The notes: a model not told the origin generated them from the letters alone. A DNA stretch of 64,000 nucleotides from Candidatus Saccharimonadota bacterium (GCA_963928385.1 CAWVEQ010000012.1:32957-96956), one strand, 5' to 3'; positions 35,439-45,484 are shown, counted from the stretch's first letter. Numbers and translations: made by a program.

Positions 35439-36074
35439 ATGGGCAAACTGGGAAACAAAAAGGACTGGCAACGTCGACAAAGATTATTGAATAAATGGAT
35501 ACAAATAGTGTCGGTAATGATTTTGCTAGCCTATGGCGTTGTTAGCTTAATAGTTGGCATTATCCTGCGGTCGTGGTGGTATATCTCGCTTTCCATTTAT
35601 TATTTACTGCTATGGTACATGGAGGCGTCTATCACAAAAAATATTGCTCGGCGACGTCATCGTCAGACGAAATTGGAATATATGCGTATGCGGCAAATCG
35701 GTGTGGCGATTTTAATACTTAACTTTGTTCTGATCGGTATAGTCATTCTGGCGATAGTACTGGGGCGCCGGGTGCATTATCCAGGTATAACGATTCATAT
35801 TACTGCGATATACGATATTGTTGTGGTGATATTGGCAGCCAGCCGAGTGCTAAAGCATGGCACGACTGACAGTCCAGTGGTAATTTCCAGTAAATGCTTG
35901 AATCTAACGCTGGCCATGCTAGCTATTTTGTCACTAACCTCGGCAGCAGTAGTTCAATACGGCGCTAGCATCCTAGTCCGCCGCATCGTCGTTGGGATTG
36001 TCGGCGGTGCAATCTGCGTAATCAATATCCTGCTAGCTAGGCATATGATACGGTTGAGTGGTGCACCGCAGTGA
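35439..36074 (+). CDS. Multi-pass membrane protein, unknown function
   Basis: It has about 5-6 hydrophobic helices and no recognisable motif. Confidence 0.5.
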   Translation: MGKLGNKKDWQRRQRLLNKWIQIVSVMILLAYGVVSLIVGIILRSWWYISLSIYYLLLWYMEASITKNIARRRHRQTKLEYMRMRQIGVAILILNFVLIGIVILAIVLGRRVHYPGITIHITAIYDIVVVILAASRVLKHGTTDSPVVISSKCLNLTLAMLAILSLTSAAVVQYGASILVRRIVVGIVGGAICVINILLARHMIRLSGAPQ

Positions 36075-36193
36075 TAACGGTATGTTCTATTAAATGAAGA
36101 AATTGCATAATAATCTCAATATAATTGATTTTTGGAATGAATTAGGCTATAATTTAGGTATTATTAGATAATCTGGTAGAAGGAGCGGATGGG

Positions 36194-37378
36194 TTGCATA
36201 TGAGATTGATAAGTTTTGGAGTGTCCAACTTCCGATCTTTTCGGAACAAACAAGAGATAAGATTTGGCAAAGATGGCAATGTTGACGCCATGTTTGGACC
36301 TAATGGCTCAGGCAAGACTAACCTGTGCTTAGCTATGATGTTCTTTGGGAATTTTATTCGAATGTCTAGCAGGTATCAAGGTGGCCAATGGCCGTACCTT
36401 GCGCCGTTTGAGCTGTCGAAGGATATAAAGGAGGAGGTTGAGTTTGAGGCTGAATTTTCTTCTGATTTGCATCAATATAAATACGGTTTTTCCATTTGTA
36501 AGAACAGAGTGAGCAAGGAGCGTTTGCTTCGACTAAATAGTCTAGGCAAGTACGATACGATGTTTAGTCGGGCTTCGGTGTCAAAAAGAGCATATGACAA
36601 GTTTGGCTTTACCCCAGAGCTACTTCGTCAGACGCGTGATGAGACATTGTTACTAACCAAAGCATGGGAAAACAATAACGATATCGCTAAGGATGTGTTT
36701 AGTTGGCTGGACCATTTTCACATTATTCGCGGTGGGCAAGTAGCTGGAGCAACCGCCAGAAGGGTGTTTAAGGATGTAGATTTTAAGAAAAAGGTTCTTG
36801 AGTTTTTGCGTAACGCAGATTTAGGGATAGAAGATGTTAATGTGCGGGAGGTGGAAGTCCCGCCTGAGGTCTTAAAGGTTATTCGCGATCAGCTTCCTGA
36901 TGATCTCTTGGAATCACAATTGCCAACGGTGTCATACCAAGTACAAACTGCGCACCTAGTCAGAGACAATGACGGTGGCGTGGCTGGTGTCAAGCAATTT
37001 GATATGACTGATCGCGAATCGTCTGGTACGCAACAAATGTTTGGACTGTCTATGCCGATTATAGACACAATTGAAAGTGGCGGTATTCTATACGTCGATG
37101 AATTCGAAATGTATTTACACCCTAAGGAGTGTGAGTTCATAATTAGCCTTTTTGATAAGAATCGGAACCAAAAGGGAGCCCAGTTAATTCTGAATACTCA
37201 GAATACTGGATTAATGGACGTCGTAGGGCGAGAAGGTGTGCATCTGTTTGCTAAGGATGGCAATGGTGGGACCGTTATTGGCCAGGTTAGCAATACAATC
37301 GTCAGGCCGGGTGATAAATCGATTAGAAAAAAATATGACAACGGTTTGCTAGGGGCGGTGGTTAACATAAGATTGTAG
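36194..37378 (+). CDS. AAA_15/AAA_21-type ABC-like ATPase (AbiLi/RloA-like)
   Basis: It has SNFRSF followed by the Walker A GPNGSGKTN, and the Walker B/D-loop ILYVDEFEMYLHP. Confidence 0.8.
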   Translation: MHMRLISFGVSNFRSFRNKQEIRFGKDGNVDAMFGPNGSGKTNLCLAMMFFGNFIRMSSRYQGGQWPYLAPFELSKDIKEEVEFEAEFSSDLHQYKYGFSICKNRVSKERLLRLNSLGKYDTMFSRASVSKRAYDKFGFTPELLRQTRDETLLLTKAWENNNDIAKDVFSWLDHFHIIRGGQVAGATARRVFKDVDFKKKVLEFLRNADLGIEDVNVREVEVPPEVLKVIRDQLPDDLLESQLPTVSYQVQTAHLVRDNDGGVAGVKQFDMTDRESSGTQQMFGLSMPIIDTIESGGILYVDEFEMYLHPKECEFIISLFDKNRNQKGAQLILNTQNTGLMDVVGREGVHLFAKDGNGGTVIGQVSNTIVRPGDKSIRKKYDNGLLGAVVNIRL

Positions 37379-37379
37379 G

Positions 37380-38090
37380 GTGCTGCACATGGAGGATATA
37401 AAGTTTGTTTTTATATTCACTGAAGGAGAATGTAGCGAGCCTGCCTTTCTGGGCGAACTTGAGAGCTACCTACGTCGACAATCACCGGTTACTGAAGTTA
37501 GGTCAAAAGTGGAAGTTGTTAGATTTCCGCTAGGTGGCAACCAGGGCTATAATGTGAACGCAATTGATAGTTCGGCTGGTGCTATGATAAATGGCTTAAA
37601 AGAAGAGCTGGAGATAAATGGTGATATCTCTTATTGTGAAAAGTGGATAATTTGTGATTACGATGAGATGAATAGGTATGGGACCGACGTTAAGAACTTT
37701 CGTGAGGCTATGCATTTGAGAGGGTATGAAGTTGTTATCAGCAAGCCTAACTTTGAGTTTTTTGTTCTTGCATGTCTCATAACCGAGCAAGAAGCAGCGA
37801 AAGTGCGCCCCTGTGACTATCTGGTAAGAATCAATGAGGAAATTGATGCGATAAACCGTAAAAATGCCATTGATTTTGGATTTACTGATGCTATGCAGAT
37901 TCCGCACTATAGTCATAATGGTCACAAAAGTAAGCACCAAGCTCAACAATTTTTCGGCATGTTGTTTGAGTATGAAGGAAAGAATGTTATGCCAAATATT
38001 CACAATCTAGCTAGTGATCTCAAAAAAGATAAGTACACTCAAATCCAGAGCGTCGTAAAACTGTACGAGGATATATTTATAGCTAGTTAG
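37380..38090 (+). CDS. RloB-like protein (AbiLii-like)
   Basis: The N-terminal FVFIFTEGECSEPAFL matches the RloB-family CEGexTEpxYF signature. It is translationally coupled to the upstream ATPase. Confidence 0.7.
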   Translation: MLHMEDIKFVFIFTEGECSEPAFLGELESYLRRQSPVTEVRSKVEVVRFPLGGNQGYNVNAIDSSAGAMINGLKEELEINGDISYCEKWIICDYDEMNRYGTDVKNFREAMHLRGYEVVISKPNFEFFVLACLITEQEAAKVRPCDYLVRINEEIDAINRKNAIDFGFTDAMQIPHYSHNGHKSKHQAQQFFGMLFEYEGKNVMPNIHNLASDLKKDKYTQIQSVVKLYEDIFIAS

Positions 38091-38129
38091 CGTCTTTAAG
38101 AATATCGGGTGCTATAATAATGCATAGTT

Positions 38130-39710
38130 ATGGCAGGGACCAATGAACGAGCAGAATTACACAAAACTATCTGGCGAGCAGCCAATGAACTGCGTGGGGC
38201 AGTATCGGGCTGGGACTTTAAGCAATACGTACTGGGCTTTTTATTCTATCGGTTTATTTCGGAAAATATCACGGAATACATTAATGCTCAGGAGCACCAG
38301 GCGGGAAATGCTGACTTTGACTATGCCAGTATTTCTGACGAGATGGTGCGGTCGGCTGTCGGCATGCGCGAGGAGGTAATTAAGGATAAAGGATTCTTCA
38401 TCTACCCCAGTCAGTTATTTGTCAATGTGCGTCGGCGTGCTAGTGATGATCCAGATATTAACCAAACAATCAGCTATATCTTTGATGCCATCGAGGGGTC
38501 GGCCAAGGGAACTGACAGCGAGAAAGATATGGCTGGTCTGTTTGACGATATCGACGTCAATAGCACTAGGTTGGGTGGTACAGTGGCTGAACGCAACGAC
38601 AGGCTGGTCAAGATTCTCAACACTATCGGTGACTTGCCGCTGGGCGATTATCGCAGTAACAAGATCGATGCTTTCGGCGATGCCTATGAATATCTAATCA
38701 ACATGTATGCTAGTAATGCGGGCAAGAGTGGTGGTGAGTTCTTTACTCCGCAGGAGGTTAGCGACCTGCTGGCCAGACTGTCCATTGGCAACAAAACTCA
38801 GGTTAATAAAGTTTACGACCCTGCCTGTGGCTCGGGTGGATTACTATTAAAGTTTGCCAAGATTCTGGGCAAAGATAATGTCATTAACGGTTTCTACGGA
38901 CAGGAAATTAATCTGACTACCTATAACCTGGCCCGTTATAACATGTTCCTGCACGATATTAACTTTACTAAGTTCAATATTGCCCTGGGTGATACGTTAA
39001 TTAATCCACAACACTGGGATGATGAGCCGTTTGATGCCATTGTGTCTAATCCACCATACAGCATTAAGTGGGAGGGCGATGCCAATCCGGTACTGATCAA
39101 TGATCCGCGGTTCTGTCCGGCTGGCGTATTGGCGCCCAAGTCCAAGGCGGATTTAGCCTTTACTATGCATATCCTGTCGTGGTTATCGACTGATGGCACA
39201 GCAGCTATCGTTGAGTTCCCCGGCGTGCTGTACCGCGGTGGAGCTGAAAAGAAGATTCGCAAATATCTGGTGGACAATAACTATGTTGATTGTGTGATTC
39301 AATTGCCTGACAATCTATTCTTCGGCACAAGTATTACAACGTGCATAATTGTGCTTAAGAAGAGTAAAGTCGACAACTCTGTGCTGTATATCGATGCTAG
39401 CAAGCAATTCATCCACGAGGGCAACAAAAATAAGTTAAGTGACGATAATATTCGCTATATTCTGGATCTATATAATAATCGCCAGGATAAGGATCACGAG
39501 GCTAAGCTGGTAGCTAATTCGGATATTGCCGATAACGATTACAACATGGCGGTGACCAGCTATGTCGAAAAGGAAGATACTCGCGAAAAGATCAACATTC
39601 ATGAGTTAAACAAGCAAATAGCTGACGTTGTCGCCCACGAGCAGGAGTTGCGCCAGCAAATCGACCAGATTGTAGCCGAGCTGGAGAGTGATGATGGGCA
39701 AGTTGAATGA
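38130..39710 (+). CDS. hsdM: Type I restriction-modification system methyltransferase subunit HsdM
   Basis: It has the HsdM N-terminal domain, the SAM motif DPACGSGGLL and the catalytic NPPYS. Confidence 0.95.
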   Translation: MAGTNERAELHKTIWRAANELRGAVSGWDFKQYVLGFLFYRFISENITEYINAQEHQAGNADFDYASISDEMVRSAVGMREEVIKDKGFFIYPSQLFVNVRRRASDDPDINQTISYIFDAIEGSAKGTDSEKDMAGLFDDIDVNSTRLGGTVAERNDRLVKILNTIGDLPLGDYRSNKIDAFGDAYEYLINMYASNAGKSGGEFFTPQEVSDLLARLSIGNKTQVNKVYDPACGSGGLLLKFAKILGKDNVINGFYGQEINLTTYNLARYNMFLHDINFTKFNIALGDTLINPQHWDDEPFDAIVSNPPYSIKWEGDANPVLINDPRFCPAGVLAPKSKADLAFTMHILSWLSTDGTAAIVEFPGVLYRGGAEKKIRKYLVDNNYVDCVIQLPDNLFFGTSITTCIIVLKKSKVDNSVLYIDASKQFIHEGNKNKLSDDNIRYILDLYNNRQDKDHEAKLVANSDIADNDYNMAVTSYVEKEDTREKINIHELNKQIADVVAHEQELRQQIDQIVAELESDDGQVE

Positions 39711-40929
39711 TTTAATTAAGGAACTCTGCCCGAATGGGGTGGAGTATAAGAAGCTTGGTGATATATCTCAAGTTTGTAAGGTTAAAAATAAGTTTGGGTA
39801 TGATAATGTTGGGACTGTCAGTAATAAAAGCGCAGTGCTTGTCTCCACGACTGAATACTTTGGCAATGACGTATCGAGCTCCGACAAATCTGGATATACA
39901 GTTGTAGAAAAAGGGTGGTTCGTATATAACCCGTCGCGTATCAACGTAGGTTCTATTGCATATTCTAATAGCGATACGCCAGTTGTGGTCAGCCCAATGT
40001 ATGTTGTTTTTCGATTGGATGAAAATGTTGTTGATAGGAAATTTTTCATGTACTGGCTAAAATCGAGCGCATGTAAGGCTAAAATCCAAAATAGCGTTGA
40101 GATTGGTGCTAGATTTAGACTGCCGTTTGAAAAGCTTGCAAAATTTATTATGCCGTGTCCACCTATGGATGTCCAACGGGCTATAGTCTCTTACTTGGAT
40201 AAATTTATTGACATGCAAAATGCTCTGCAAGCAGAGCTTGAACTCCAGTTAAAAAGGCTAGAAGAAGTCAGGAACGATGTTCTGTGTCGCAGCTATATGA
40301 TGAGGGCGGACAAAAACAGCCATCTTGTCAGGCTGGGTGATATCGGGAAATTTGAAAGATGTACCGGATTGCAGAAAAATGATCTAGTCGACAATCCTGG
40401 CGATGGGTTTAGTCCATGTCTGCATTACGGGCAGATTTATACGTATTATAGGCAAGTAGCTGATGTGAGTAAATCCTATTGCGACAATGCCCTGGCAGAA
40501 AAAATGGTAAAAGCACATAAGGGTGATTTGGTCATTGCAACTACAAGCGAGAACTTGGAAGATGTTGGCACCCCGGTAGTTTGGAATGGAAATAGCGATT
40601 GGTCTATTGGCGGAGAAACTTATGTGTATAGACACAACCAGAACCCCGTATTCCTCGCCAACCAATTTATGACATATGATTTCTTTAAATACAAACAAAA
40701 GCGTCAAACTGGCACGAAGGTTGTTCGGTTGAACGATAAGGCGCTATCTGAGTACCAAATATGGCTTCCATCTATAGATGTTCAAAATAAGATTGCAAAA
40801 TTCTTGCATGCTTATGATCTACTTGTTAATGATATTTCAAATGGCCTCCCTGCTGAAATCAAACTTCGCCAGCAGCAGTATGAATACTACCGGGATGAAT
40901 TGCTATCGTTTAAGTTGACAAACGTCTAA
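39688..40929 (+). CDS. hsdS: Type I R-M specificity subunit HsdS
   Basis: It has two target-recognition domains separated by conserved coiled-coil regions, and it overlaps the hsdM stop. Confidence 0.9.
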   Translation: MMMGKLNDLIKELCPNGVEYKKLGDISQVCKVKNKFGYDNVGTVSNKSAVLVSTTEYFGNDVSSSDKSGYTVVEKGWFVYNPSRINVGSIAYSNSDTPVVVSPMYVVFRLDENVVDRKFFMYWLKSSACKAKIQNSVEIGARFRLPFEKLAKFIMPCPPMDVQRAIVSYLDKFIDMQNALQAELELQLKRLEEVRNDVLCRSYMMRADKNSHLVRLGDIGKFERCTGLQKNDLVDNPGDGFSPCLHYGQIYTYYRQVADVSKSYCDNALAEKMVKAHKGDLVIATTSENLEDVGTPVVWNGNSDWSIGGETYVYRHNQNPVFLANQFMTYDFFKYKQKRQTGTKVVRLNDKALSEYQIWLPSIDVQNKIAKFLHAYDLLVNDISNGLPAEIKLRQQQYEYYRDELLSFKLTNV

Positions 40930-41053
40930 CGTTATCTAAATCGGGTGTTTGTATAATTAAAGATTAACTTTGCTATTGGCGTGGACTTGCTTTAGTTGCC
41001 ACTATGTCATACTATTACGATAATGTGGGCGTACATTTAAGGAGGTGATATGC

Positions 41054-41263
41054 ATGCCTTGGCGCGATCAGACGAATGACGATAAGACTTACGTCGGAGT
41101 CTACTGTGGCGAAAGCGAGGATGACGAGCCTCGTATCGACCGCGATAGCGGACGCGAAGTTTTCGCGGAATTCATTATCCAGGATAAGGAGACTGGCGAC
41201 CATGTTCATATCGGACTAGATGAGTATGGTGACACCATCTTCGAGTCCCGTGGCAAGCGTTAG
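41054..41263 (+). CDS. Small acidic hypothetical protein (69 aa) between hsdS and hsdR
   Basis: The ATG at 41054 lies 8 nt after AAGGAGG. The protein is very rich in D/E. It is followed by a GCCCGC-ttacg-GCGGGC hairpin. Confidence 0.45.
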   Translation: MPWRDQTNDDKTYVGVYCGESEDDEPRIDRDSGREVFAEFIIQDKETGDHVHIGLDEYGDTIFESRGKR

Positions 41264-41330
41264 GTATCACTGGGCTGCCCGCTTACGGCGGGCGCCCCAC
41301 GCTTTAACGGAACGTGATTGAGGAATAATT

Positions 41331-41642
41331 ATGGACTATTTGCCTAAATTAGAGAAAGTTATAGATGATAGGTGGCCGCAGGCTGATGATGATGAGCGCC
41401 AGCTACTAATTGAGATTATGAAGGCTGTTCCAGATCCAAAATGGTCCGAATACGTGTTTGCCGCAGAAAAAGAGCAGATTCCTGGCAGCAATCTATTACT
41501 GATGAATCGCGAAGAAATAATGAATAACTCGGACGAAGGTATCGCAATGGCCGATGTCGACGCTAAACACAGTGAAGACTATTATTGCAGACAGATTGGC
41601 GCACTAGCCAGCTATGTCGCATTCATTGCTTCCCAGCAGTAG
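41331..41642 (+). CDS. Small acidic hypothetical protein (103 aa) between hsdS and hsdR
   Basis: The ORF has a GAGGAA RBS. I recognise no domain. Confidence 0.5.
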   Translation: MDYLPKLEKVIDDRWPQADDDERQLLIEIMKAVPDPKWSEYVFAAEKEQIPGSNLLLMNREEIMNNSDEGIAMADVDAKHSEDYYCRQIGALASYVAFIASQQ

Positions 41643-41697
41643 GGCTCTCTGGTGCTGTACGCAGTGCTCACCCTGACGGTGATAAAATAATAACAAT

Positions 41698-44600
41698 ATG
41701 ACTAAATACAATCCCATCATGGAAACGCCTGAGGCGACGGTGGTTGCTGAGTACTCTAGTGTGGCCGAGAAATCAGTGGCATATCAGAGCGAGGCGTCGC
41801 TAGAGTCGGCCTTTATTGGACAACTGCAAAAGCAGGCGTACGAGTACCTGCCGGTTAAATCAGAGCCAGAGCTAATTGCAAACCTAAAAATACAGCTGGA
41901 ACGGCTAAATAGTGTTAAATTTAGCGATAGTGAGTGGAAGCGTTTCTTTATCAATGAGATTGCCAATAAAAATGATGGAATTGTCGAGAAAACTCGCAAA
42001 ATTCAGATAAAGGATACGGCAATCAGCTTTAAGTTCGACGATGGGACTAGTCAAAACATCCGCTTGCTAGATAAGCGCAATATTCATAACAACAATCTGC
42101 AAGTCATTAACCAGTATGAAACTGAATCGGGCAATCATCCGAATCGTTACGACGTGACCATTCTAGTCAACGGTCTGCCGATGGTTCATGTCGAGCTGAA
42201 ACGTCGTGGTGTTAATATTCGTGAGGCCTTCAACCAAATCGACCGCTATCAGAGGGATAGTTTCTGGGCGGATAGTGGCTTGTTTGAATATATCCAGATC
42301 TTTGTTATTTCTAACGGCACTTACACTAAATACTACAGCAATACGACGCGCGACCAGCATATTCGCGAGTTTGCCAGTAGTAATAACAGGTCGACTAAGA
42401 AAACTAGTAATAGTTTCGAGTTTACGTGTTGGTGGGCTGATGCTAGCAATCAACCAATAACCGACTTGGTAGACTTTACTAAAACATTTCTAGCCAAACA
42501 TACCATCCTAAATATCCTGACCAAATATTGTGTGCTGACCTGCGACAATCTGCTGCTGGTAATGCGACCATACCAGATTGTGGCGGCAGAACGAATCCTA
42601 AATCAAATTGAGATAGCCCATAACTATAAATTACAGGGAACAATTAAGGCTGGTGGCTATATCTGGCATACTACTGGCTCCGGTAAAACACTTACGAGTT
42701 TTAAGACGGCTCAACTGGCCAGTCAGTTGGATTACATTGACAAGGTGCTATTCGTGGTCGACCGCAAAGATCTGGATTACCAAACGATGCGAGAATATGA
42801 CCGCTTTCAGAAGGGTGCTGCCAACGGCAATCGCAACACTAAAGTTCTAGAGAAACAACTATATAGTGATGCTCCTGACCAGAAGGTAATCGTCACGACA
42901 ATCCAGAAGCTAGATAATTTCATTAAACGCAATCAGGGCGAGGAAGTAATGTCTAAGCAGATTGTGATGATATTCGACGAATGTCATCGTAGCCAGTTTG
43001 GCGACATGGGCAAATCTATTCGCAAGCATTTTAAGAATTACTATATGTTTGGTTTTACTGGTACGCCGATTTTTGCAGCTAATGCTTCAACAGCTGGCCA
43101 ACCAGACTTTAAAACAACCGAGCAAACTTTTGGTCGTCAGCTACATTCCTACACAATTGTTAATGCCATTAACGACAAAAATGTTCTACCATTTCGGGTT
43201 GCATACATCAAAACTATCCAGCAAAAGGATGATATTGCCGATGAGAAGGTGCTGGGTATCGACGAGAATTCAGCATGGATGGCGCCAGGGCGAATATCTA
43301 TCGTTGTTAAGTACATACTAGAGCATTTTAATCAAAAGACGTTGCGCAATGTTGGCTCATACGAATTTAACAAATTGATTAATGTCAACGAGATGGTTCG
43401 GTCACGGAATAATGGCAATGCACATAAGGAGCGGCTACGGCTACGCGGCTTTAATTCAATTTTTGCGGTTAGTTCAACTGAGGCGGCGCAGAAATATTAT
43501 CAAGAATTCAAACGTCAGCAGGCGGATATCCCCGAGGGCCGACGCCTGAGGATTGCCACAATATTTAGTTATTTGCCAAATGAAGCAAATGATGGTGATG
43601 CCAGTAACGGCTTTTTGAGCGATGAGAACAGTGATGGCACTGAGGGATTGGATCAAGTATCACGTGATTTCCTGGATTCGGCAATTGATGACTACAACGC
43701 CATGTTCGGTACGCAGTATGATACATCGTCGGAAGGCTTCCAGAGTTATTACAAAGATGTGTCGCTGAGAATGAAAAATCGTGACTTAGACCTACTGATT
43801 GTTGTCAATATGTTTCTGACTGGTTTTGATGCCACAACGTTAAACACGCTGTGGGTGGATAAGAACTTGCGGATGCACGGGCTAATTCAGGCTTATTCGC
43901 GAACTAACCGCATTCTGAATTCAGTCAAGACCTACGGCAACATTGTGTCGTTCCGCAATTTGCAGAGGGCTACTGATGAGGCATTGGCCTTATTTGGTGA
44001 TAAGGATGCGAGCGGCATAGTGCTGCTACGCTCTTTCAACGATTATTTCAACGGTTACGAGCAAAATGGTCGGCATATCAAAGGATACGTTGAGCTAGTT
44101 GACCGATTGCGCACGGAATTTCCAGTTGGTGGCCAAATTATTGGCGAAGAAAACCAGAAGGAGTTTGTTAAACTGTTTGGAAATATCTTACGGGCGCGCA
44201 ACATTCTGACATCGTTTGACGAATTTGCCGAGTTGGATATGCTTGCCCCGCGGGAATTGCAGGATCAGCAGAGTCGATATATCGAGATGTATGATCGGAT
44301 TCGACCTAATCCAGCTGAACGAGAAAGCATTGCCGATGATGTTGTTTTTGAAATGGAACTCATTCGCGAGGTCGATATCAATATCGATTACATTCTGGCC
44401 TTGATTGAGAAATATCATGACAGCAATCAGCAGGATCGTGATATCAAGATTAATATTGATAAAGCGATTGAGTCTAGCTTGGAGCTGCGTAATAAGAAGG
44501 ATCTGATCGAGAAGTTTATTGCAACATTGGGCGACTCAACTAGCGATGTATTTAGTGATTGGCAAGAATTCATTAAAGGTGAAAAAGCCAGAGAACTGGA

Positions 44601-44823
44601 CAAGATTATTGACGAGGAACACCTAAATAAGGAAAAGACATACGAGTTTATGCGTCGTGCTTTTGCGAGTGGGGAGATTCGCGAATCTGGTACGGATATA
44701 ACTAAGATCTTGCCACCAGTTTCATTCTTTAACCCTGATGCAAAGCGTCCAGCAATGCGCCGGCGCGTACTAGTAAAGCTACGTAGCTTCTTTGACCGAT
44801 TCTTTGCGATATCAGACGAATAG
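41698..44823 (+). CDS. hsdR: Type I restriction endonuclease subunit HsdR
   Basis: It has an N-terminal nuclease region and the SF2 helicase motifs TGSGKT and DECHR. It is 1041 aa. Confidence 0.95.
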   Translation: MTKYNPIMETPEATVVAEYSSVAEKSVAYQSEASLESAFIGQLQKQAYEYLPVKSEPELIANLKIQLERLNSVKFSDSEWKRFFINEIANKNDGIVEKTRKIQIKDTAISFKFDDGTSQNIRLLDKRNIHNNNLQVINQYETESGNHPNRYDVTILVNGLPMVHVELKRRGVNIREAFNQIDRYQRDSFWADSGLFEYIQIFVISNGTYTKYYSNTTRDQHIREFASSNNRSTKKTSNSFEFTCWWADASNQPITDLVDFTKTFLAKHTILNILTKYCVLTCDNLLLVMRPYQIVAAERILNQIEIAHNYKLQGTIKAGGYIWHTTGSGKTLTSFKTAQLASQLDYIDKVLFVVDRKDLDYQTMREYDRFQKGAANGNRNTKVLEKQLYSDAPDQKVIVTTIQKLDNFIKRNQGEEVMSKQIVMIFDECHRSQFGDMGKSIRKHFKNYYMFGFTGTPIFAANASTAGQPDFKTTEQTFGRQLHSYTIVNAINDKNVLPFRVAYIKTIQQKDDIADEKVLGIDENSAWMAPGRISIVVKYILEHFNQKTLRNVGSYEFNKLINVNEMVRSRNNGNAHKERLRLRGFNSIFAVSSTEAAQKYYQEFKRQQADIPEGRRLRIATIFSYLPNEANDGDASNGFLSDENSDGTEGLDQVSRDFLDSAIDDYNAMFGTQYDTSSEGFQSYYKDVSLRMKNRDLDLLIVVNMFLTGFDATTLNTLWVDKNLRMHGLIQAYSRTNRILNSVKTYGNIVSFRNLQRATDEALALFGDKDASGIVLLRSFNDYFNGYEQNGRHIKGYVELVDRLRTEFPVGGQIIGEENQKEFVKLFGNILRARNILTSFDEFAELDMLAPRELQDQQSRYIEMYDRIRPNPAERESIADDVVFEMELIREVDINIDYILALIEKYHDSNQQDRDIKINIDKAIESSLELRNKKDLIEKFIATLGDSTSDVFSDWQEFIKGEKARELDKIIDEEHLNKEKTYEFMRRAFASGEIRESGTDITKILPPVSFFNPDAKRPAMRRRVLVKLRSFFDRFFAISDE

Positions 44824-44917
44824 CGTTGTGCTACATATAACATATCTCTGTCTCTTGAAAATTCGGTCACTGACAGGTAAACTGGTAGTGTTATCTAATT
44901 AAGGAGGAAACTAAATT

Positions 44918-45484
44918 ATGCCTGTATGGGGTTGGGTGATTATTGCAATCGTTGTCATCCTGATTATTGCAGTAGCCGCCATTTATAACGGATTGGTTAA
45001 ACTAAAGGTTCGTGTCGATGAGGCGTGGAGTGACATCACTGTCCAACTAAAGCGTCGTTCCGACCTGATTCCAAACCTAGTGGAAACAGTTAAGGGTTAT
45101 GCAGGCCATGAATCCAAAGTGTTTGAGGAAGTAGCTGCGGCGCGTTCGGCTGTTATGTCGGCTACCGAGCAGGGTCCAGCTGCCACTGCTAAGGCCGAGG
45201 GTGATTTCGAGCGCACTCTGAAGTCACTATTTGCTGTTAGTGAGGCTTATCCGCAACTACAAGCTTCGGCCAATTTCCAGCAGCTACAGGCGGAAATCAC
45301 TGATACTGAGGACAAAATCCAGGCGGCTCGCCGTTTCTACAATGGTGGTGTGCGCGAGCTAAACACTAAGATTCAGACGTTCCCCGACAACATCTTTGCT
45401 GGCATGTTCGGCTTTAAGCAGCGCGAATTCTTTGAAGTTGAGAATCGCGAAGAGCTAGAAAACGCTCCTGAGGTTAAATTCTAA
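44918..45484 (+). CDS. lemA: LemA family protein
   Basis: An N-terminal TM helix is followed by the typical LemA core (YNGLV, RRSDLIPNLV, ARRFYN). Confidence 0.9.
   Translation: MPVWGWVIIAIVVILIIAVAAIYNGLVKLKVRVDEAWSDITVQLKRRSDLIPNLVETVKGYAGHESKVFEEVAAARSAVMSATEQGPAATAKAEGDFERTLKSLFAVSEAYPQLQASANFQQLQAEITDTEDKIQAARRFYNGGVRELNTKIQTFPDNIFAGMFGFKQREFFEVENREELENAPEVKF

Noticed and set aside
41045-41053. The ORF track gives a GTG start at 41045 for the small ORF after hsdS.
   Set aside because: The GTG is part of the AAGGAGGTG Shine-Dalgarno sequence itself. The ATG at 41054 is properly spaced.
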